Shown here piece after piece: positions 56,777 to 64,000 of a stretch of 64,000 bases of DNA. Every line of letters begins with the position of its first letter. Position 1 is the first letter of the stretch. The notes beneath the pieces were generated by a model, which saw nothing but the letters and a program-made list of their open reading frames with translations, did not search any database and was not told the origin of the DNA. Source of the DNA: Eledone cirrhosa (lineage: Eukaryota). The position numbers and the translations under genes are program-made. The DNA lies in NCBI GenBank assembly GCA_964016885.1, contig OZ024747.1, forward strand, positions 53,320,001 through 53,384,000, given 5' to 3'.

Positions 56777-56918
56777 CACATGTATATATGTATCCTGGGC
56801 AAGTATGTACATGCATGTGTTAATTTGTACAATTTCTATCACCCTGCTCTATTAATTTCAGTGAAGAAAATATAGATTTTCTAATCTCAATTTTTCACAC
56901 ACATATGCACACATTATA

Positions 56919-56960
<42 letters not shown>

Positions 56961-57128
56961 AATGGATTCAGTGTGAAACTAGTTGTACCATTTCTCACCA
57001 GAGTACTACATACTTGGGGTAGTAGAGTATGTTTATATTATAAAGCGTCAGGACCCCAATGGCTGACCCCTCTCAAGAACTAGCTGTTGAAATAGCAACA
57101 GCTCAGCCAACTGGGTCCCGATTCTTTA

Positions 57129-57217
<89 letters not shown>

Positions 57218-57224
57218 TATAAAT

Positions 57225-57750
57225 ATCTTCTTCTTCATCCACTTATACATGAGAGGGTTGGAGTGGGGACAGAGGCCTCAACACTCCTTCCAGCAGGTTC
57301 TGTCAAAAACAACCATTTCCAACTGATCTGGCTGCATCCCAAAGTGAGACCAGCCAAGTTCATGGATGTTATCCAACCATCTTGCTCAAAGTCTATTCTT
57401 GGGTCTCCTGTCAGTTGGGTTTGTTAACCACATGCCCAATAGTATCGGACCTGTGATCTCTCAATTTGAAGAAGTAGCGGCTCTACCTAGAGTGACTCAC
57501 TGACCTCCGAGCTATGCATTCTATTGAGTAATATTACTCTGGATTGGCAGTATCGGTAGAGGGTCGGACGCCATGCTTTCCGGCATAGTTACGTCACTTT
57601 ACGATCTGAGTTCAAATCCCGCCGAGGTTGACTTTGCCTTTCATCCTTACGGGGTCGATAAAATAAAGTACCAGTAATGAACTGGGTAATTGCTGGCCTT
57701 GTGCCTAAAGTAGACACAAATATTACTCAAAGACCCTTTGGAGGATCCCC
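57225..57750 (-). mobile_element. RTE-like LINE 3' fragment interrupted by SINE A (57540-57718 +) with a 10-bp TSD
   Basis: TSD AATATTACTC at 57530-57539 and 57719-57728; flanks are collinear with 21400-21540. Confidence 0.8.
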
Positions 57751-58852
57751 ATATATATATATATGGACCTGTAAATCCTGATGGTGTTTCAGGGGTGCTG
57801 TAATGTCATACAACCTATCTTGGTAATTTAAAACCTGATGCAGGCCATCCATTCTCCAGATCTGAAACAGCCGATTCTTCTCAGAGCAGAAGAGAGAGTG
57901 AGAAAGAGGAAGTGAGAAAGAGGAAGTGAGAAAGAGGAAGTGAGAAAGAGATACAGATGAAGAATTGCCCACAGTACTGAAGTAGAACATTTTATTCACC
58001 TCAAAAAGATGAAAGGTAAAGTTGAGCTTTATGGTTGATGAATTCAGCATGCAAAGATCTGAAACAAATACTACAAACATTCTATCTCACGTTCTAATGA
58101 CCCTGCCAATTCATCATCATCATCATCTTCGTTTAACGTCCATCCTCTTCGCTAGCATAGGTTAGACGGGAGTTGTCCCACTTGAGGCAAGGTTGGGCAG
58201 GTGACCGTGTCTCACTCATATAAGACTATCTGGCAGGTTTTCTACAGCTGGATGCCCTTTCTAACACCAACCACATTTACAGTGTGGAACTGGGAACTTT
58301 TTACCATGTTACCTACACGGCCACATTACAGCGTGGACTGTGTTTTTTTGTCATGACACCTACACGATCTCGATCTCATTATCTCATTTATTTGGACTGG
58401 ATGTTGTGGTACCAACTTTACAGAGAGAGGGTGCTGTTGGTGGGAGTGGGAGGATAGGGTAGGGGTAGTGGATTGGGGTGTATATTTGGTTAAGAGGTGC
58501 CTACTGACTGTAGGTTTCGCTTTGTACATAGGCAAGGCGGGTCTTCTGTATTACTGCGTAGCGCCAAAGATCTCGGTCCAGTGACATTGTCTTAGAGAGG
58601 TCATCACGCTATATATATATATATACACATACATATATGTTCTTATATTTAGTCTGCAGTGCCAAAACCAGGGAGACTACAATCAGGGTGGTATTCTATA
58701 CATGGGAAGAAGCAGAGTGGGTATAAAGGAAGTTTAAAACCCGACCAAGATGTGATGCCTAATGAATTGGACTCATTTTCACCCTTGAAAGGGGTTGGTG
58801 AATACAATCTGAAACCGCTAGGAATTGTGGTCGGGATTTTATCTACCTATGC

Positions 58853-58926
<74 letters not shown>

Positions 58927-58981
58927 GTGAGGGTTTTTTTACAAAATGAAAAATAACCGAGGTGTCCTACACGAGTGAAAG

Positions 58982-59264
58982 TATAAAGAAAAAAAGATGA
59001 AATCGAAAATGCAACTGGAGTCTTATTTAAAAAAAATATATATATTTATTTGGTTCCTTTACCGGTTTCGCAGTTCTACTTTTCAAAAGTAGATTTGAGA
59101 TGGAGGTTCTGTGGTTTATCTCACATCTGAGAAAAACCACAGAACCTCCATCTCAAATCTACTTTTGAAAAGTAGAACTGCGAAACCGGTAAAGGAACCA
59201 AATAAATATATATATTTTTTTTAAAAATAAGACTCCAGTTGCATTTTCGATTTCATCTTTTTTT

Positions 59265-59271
<7 letters not shown>
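58982..59271. repeat. Fold-back palindrome with ~140-bp arms between (TA)n tracts, carrying a hammerhead 3' half
   Basis: Loop CTCA-CATC-TGAG; GC GAAA CCGG TA AAGGAACC at 59180-59199. Confidence 0.9.
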
Positions 59272-59314
<43 letters not shown>

Positions 59315-60036
59315 ACCCAGATATGAAAAGATAAAAATCACACTCACACAGTTATTGACATGAATAAATGTATGTTTATACTAAGGAGACAATATTACAC
59401 ACATACTCACATACATATTTACATACATATTTACATACATACATATTTACATACATACATATATACATATATACATATATACATACATATATACATACAT
59501 ACATATATACATACATACATATTTACATACATACATATTTACATACATACATATTTACATACATACATATTTACATACATACATACATATTTACATATAT
59601 ACATACATACATATTTACATACATACATATTTACATACATACATATTTACATACATACATACATACATACATATTTACATACATACATACATATTTACAT
59701 ATATACAGACAGACAGACACCTACATCACACATATAGAAGTAGATACACTTAGAATAGACATACCACATAAAGACATATAAACACCTTTGTCAAAAGTAA
59801 TGTAAAAAAACTGTCAAAGGACATTATTTATCATCATCATCACCATTCCTTTCATTGTTAGATATTATATAAGACATTATAATGTATGTATAAATGTAAT
59901 CAATAAAGTTTTGAAAACCTTCATGAATATTGTATTTATATACATTAACTTCACCTCACTCAACACCCAAAACACGTGCACACACATACATACATTTGCA
60001 CACACACACACACACACACATATATATAAGCATGCA

Positions 60037-60070
<34 letters not shown>

Positions 60071-60155
60071 GTGTATAATATATATATATAAAGTACATAC
60101 AGCATATATATATATATAGTGTGTAATATATATATATATATAAAGTACATACAGC

Positions 60156-60187
<32 letters not shown>

Positions 60188-60469
60188 GTGTGTAATAAAA
60201 CCTCTATAATCTTGTGTTTTACACCACAACGGCCCCCCCACACACACACACACTAAATATGTTACCATAATTGGTAAAGTTGACAACATGGTAATTTACC
60301 AAACTCTGTTAGCTTCTGTTCCTTCCTATATCATTTTCTCCTTTTAAACAGAATTACCGAAAAAAAAAAAAAAATTCACCTCATTTTGAAGTTTGAATAT
60401 ACATCAATTCACAGTATGGCTTGGTTTTGTTATTGTTTTTGTTATCTTCTTTGCTATTATTGCTTATAT

Positions 60470-60477
60470 TGATGGTG

Positions 60478-60511
<34 letters not shown>

Positions 60512-60603
60512 CAATAGTAGTTATTATTGTTGTAGTTCTTTTTTCTGATTGTTATAGTAGTAGTTGTAGTAGTAGCTATAGTAGTAATAGTAGCAGCAGC
60601 AGC

Positions 60604-60670
<67 letters not shown>

Positions 60671-61040
60671 TCAGCACCAGTAGTAGCAGCAGCAGCAGCA
60701 GTATATAGTAGTAGTAGTAGTAGTAGTAGCAGCAACAGCAGCAGTATATAGTAGTAGTAGTAGTTGTAGTAGTAGTTATAGTAGTAGTAGTAGCAGCAGC
60801 AGCAGTAGTAGCAGCAGCAGCAGTATATAGTAGTAGTAGTAGTAGCAGTAGCAGCAGTATATAGTAGTAGTAGCAGCAGCAGCAGTATATAGTAGTAGTA
60901 GTAGTATATAGTAGTAGTTGTAGTAGTAGTAGTAGTAGTTATAGTAGTAGTAGTAGTAGTATATAGTAGTAGTAGTAGTAGTATATAGTAGTAGTAGTAG
61001 TAGTATATAGTAGTAGTAGTAGTAGTAGTAGTAGCAGTTA
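60470..61040. repeat. (AGT/AGC)n tract with ATAT interruptions
   Basis: Direct reading. Confidence 0.95.
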
Positions 61041-61784
61041 TAGTATTAATATCATTTGTTGTTGAAATTGTTTTCATGTTTACAATATTGTTGTAGTTAT
61101 TGTAATCTGTTGCTCTTTTAATTGTTTTAGTTGTTATTGTCATCATTCTTTTGCGTTTTTATGTGTTTTTATTTAAATTTCGTGTTAAGAAGTTTATTTT
61201 CTTAAAATGTATATTTTTATTGTTTTGACAGAAAATGAAAAACAGTGCACATATAATTTATCTGGGTTTTCATGTTTGGTGTGAGGGTGTGAGCATGCAA
61301 GGTTTCCTCAAACTGAAAACCTGGCCCAAATGCTTACAACAGAATAGATTCTGTTAAAAGCCCACAACAGTCTGTTTGTGGTATTACACTGGGTGACAGT
61401 CACCTCCCTACCCACCACCGAGTCAGCTACCCACAGGCATGAGTCTTGTCAGCTGGAAAGGTTCTTCCAACATGTCTCCCTTACCATCCTCTGGGGAGAA
61501 CGCCTTCTCTATTCTGTCTGCTAGGGCCAAAGGGTGGCCAGTGTGTGGACTCCAGTTTGTTTGTAATAGTGAGAGACGGGGAGAGCGAGAGAGACACGGG
61601 CAGTGAGTGAAACAGAGAGAACATCAATACACTTGATAAGACAACAATAGATATTGTTTACATCCATTACCCAAATAGCTAATAACTCAGAATGTAAAAG
61701 TTCCAAAACAAATACTACAATGCTTCTGAGTCAATGTTCAAAGAATTCCACAAGTTCACTACCCTAAACTCTTTTACTCTTTTA

Positions 61785-62000
61785 ATGAGGCCATGTTGGG
61801 GCACCACCTTGTTTCTTCATCCAGCCTGCATTTGCTGATGATGTAGGAGGGAGTTTGTGGCTGCTGCCCCTAGGTTACCTTTATTCCGTGCTATGGGTTC
61901 ATCTGGGCTCTTGGAGAGCAGAGTGTCAAAGTGTTTCTTGAAAACATCCACATCCATACTATGTAGATATCTCGAGTTTCTGGGCAGTTTAGTTAGACTG
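61785..62000 (-). mobile_element. CR1-group LINE 3' end
   Basis: LPRNSRYLHSMDVDVFKKHFDTLLSKSPDEP..AATNSLL; tail GGTGGTGCCCCAACATGGCC. Confidence 0.75.
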
Positions 62001-62169
62001 GTTATTTTATTTATTAACTCTAGAAAGATGAAAGGCAAAGTAGACCTTATCAGGATGTGAACTCAGAATGCAATGAACCAGAAAGATTATTGCAAGATAT
62101 TTTATCTTCTGCATTCATGCTTCTGCCAATCTGTTGCCATTGAAATATTTATTTAAAGGTAGTGGCAGT

Positions 62170-62570
62170 GTTGGTGGTAGCATATTTGATGTGGTGGCAG
62201 CAAGCACAACTTCACACCAACAGTCTCTGTTTTCCATCTATGTCCCTAGGTCTTCCTTGTCAATTCCAGTGTCTCTTGCTATGGTATTCTGATATCTGAG
62301 CTTTCAGGTAGAGGAGATCTTCCACAACAAGAGGTCTGAAACCATCTTATCTTTTGCATAGAATCAGTGTCCAGCAAACTTTGTATGACGTTCAATTAGT
62401 CACGTACTTACTTTTGAAATTTTTCAGTATATCTGATTAATGGGTCTGCCAAGGGATATCATGAGCTTTTCATAGAAGGTTAGTGTAACATCCATCTAAA
62501 CGTCTCTGTAGGTGGGAGTGCAAGGTCCAAGTCTCAGAACCATAGAGAAAGATTGTTCTAAACAGACTGA
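62170..62570 (-). mobile_element. Decayed RTE fragment related to 40542-40942
   Basis: rc GSETWTL..RLDGCYT..FAGH..SDLLLW..RDTGI motifs. Confidence 0.7.
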
Positions 62571-62576
62571 TTTTAA

Positions 62577-62777
62577 CCCTTTAGCATTTACATTACTTTA
62601 TATTTACTATTATGTTTTTGTGGTAAAAGCTTTAACTCACATAATTATCTCACATAATATCGAATCTGGAAGATTTTGATATATATTTTGAGAACATGAG
62701 TAGCCAGTTATGACCGGTTTAAACAGAAAGAGGTGAGAGAATTCTGGCCAGATAATGCCGGTTTAAATGCTAAGGGG
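62577..62777. mobile_element. piggyBac-like MITE
   Basis: TTAA|CCCTTTAGCATTTA...TAAATGCTAAGGGG|TTAA. Confidence 0.8.
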
Positions 62778-63329
62778 TTAAGTTTATTTGATGTATTGGA
62801 TTTCCAAATGGTTGAAATATAGCTGAAGTGATGTGTTTTTAGTAATGATGGTAACATTAGAGTGATAATTGTGATAGTACTGTTGGTAGCATTATACCAG
62901 GTGTTATTTTATGAAATATCAAATTAAAGCATAAATGTGTCTAAATAGGTTGGAAAAATATATTGTGTGTGCATGTGTGTTTATTTGTGGTTGGCTGTGT
63001 GTATGTCTGATTCTTTCTACACCAGCTGAGGAAATGAATAATTGCAGAAACAGCATGATGTCCTGGATAGTTATTGTAAGGTAAATATATGCATATTTTC
63101 TTCATATTAATATATTTCAAATTCATTCTACTTCGATATTTTGTTTTGCGCAAAGCATTAATCACAGCTTAATATACATTCTAAGTAGTTTTTTAGCATT
63201 CTTAGTGAATATATTTTGAGCAAATGAGTTAAAATATTTCTTGTCTGGTTCTTATGTGTCTTGTTATCATAGGAACCATACTTAGATATTATATTTGAAT
63301 TTATCTTAATATCAGTGAGTTTTATATCA

Positions 63330-64000
63330 ACTAATAATGGTTTCTTATATAGGCACAAGACCAGCAATTCTGGGGAGGGGAAAGTTGATTAAATCGACCC
63401 CAGTGCATGACTGGTGCTTTATATTATCAACCCCGTAAGGATGAAAGGCAAAGTTAACCTCGGCAGGATTTGAACTCAGATCATAAAGGGCAGTAACTCT
63501 ATGCTGCAAATCATGGCTTCTGACCCTCTACCAATACAGCCCATTCATTGCCCTTTTTAAATCAAATAATAATTGCTTATACTTTTGGCACAAGACCAGC
63601 GATTACCCAGTCCATTACTGGTACTTTATTTTATCGACCCCGTAAGGATGAAAGGCAAAGTTAACCTCAGCGGGATTTGAACTCAGGCCATAAAGGGACA
63701 TAACTATGCTGGAAAGCATGGCGTCTGACCCTCTACCGTTACTACCAATCCCCCATTTATATCAAATAATAAATGTTTCTACATTTGGCACTAGGCCAGC
63801 AATCACCCAGTACGTTACTGGTACTTTATTTTATCGACCCTGTAAAGATGAAAGGCAAAGTTAACCTCGGCAGGATTTGAACTCAGATCGTAAGGAGACG
63901 TAACTATGGTGGAAAGCATGTCCGACCCTCTACCGATACTGCCAAATAATAATGGTTTCTTGTATAGGCACAAGGCCAGTAATTTGGAGGAAGGGGAAGT
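63330..64000 (-). mobile_element. Four head-to-tail SINE A copies; the last is cut by the window end
   Basis: Copies at ~63330-63545, 63565-63752, 63765-63945 and 63945-64000. Confidence 0.9.

Noticed and set aside
63026-63080. Small plus-strand exon (EEMNNCRNSMMSWIVIV)
   Set aside because: Only generic splice signals; expected by chance in 64 kb

Overview
AT-rich, microsatellite-saturated animal DNA with no confidently identifiable host gene. The SINE repertoire suggests a cephalopod such as Octopus, but that is inference. Almost all ORFs in the track are translations of simple repeats. The window holds about 20 copies of one tRNA-derived SINE, CORE-type SINEs with RTE-like tails, RTE and CR1-like LINE fragments, two non-autonomous Helitrons, piggyBac-like and hAT-like MITEs, several minisatellites (one amplified from inside a SINE) and two Penelope-like element (PLE) GIY-YIG fragments. 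The most notable signal is a dispersed, sequence-diverse set of about 10 short (0.1-0.6 kb) non-coding inserts sitting in or beside (TA)n tracts. Each carries a type I minimal hammerhead ribozyme (intact or degenerate), and related inserts form long fold-back palindromes or inverted junctions. Together they look like a PLE-driven, microsatellite-targeted, retrozyme-like population. Coordinates were read by eye and may be off by a few bases.
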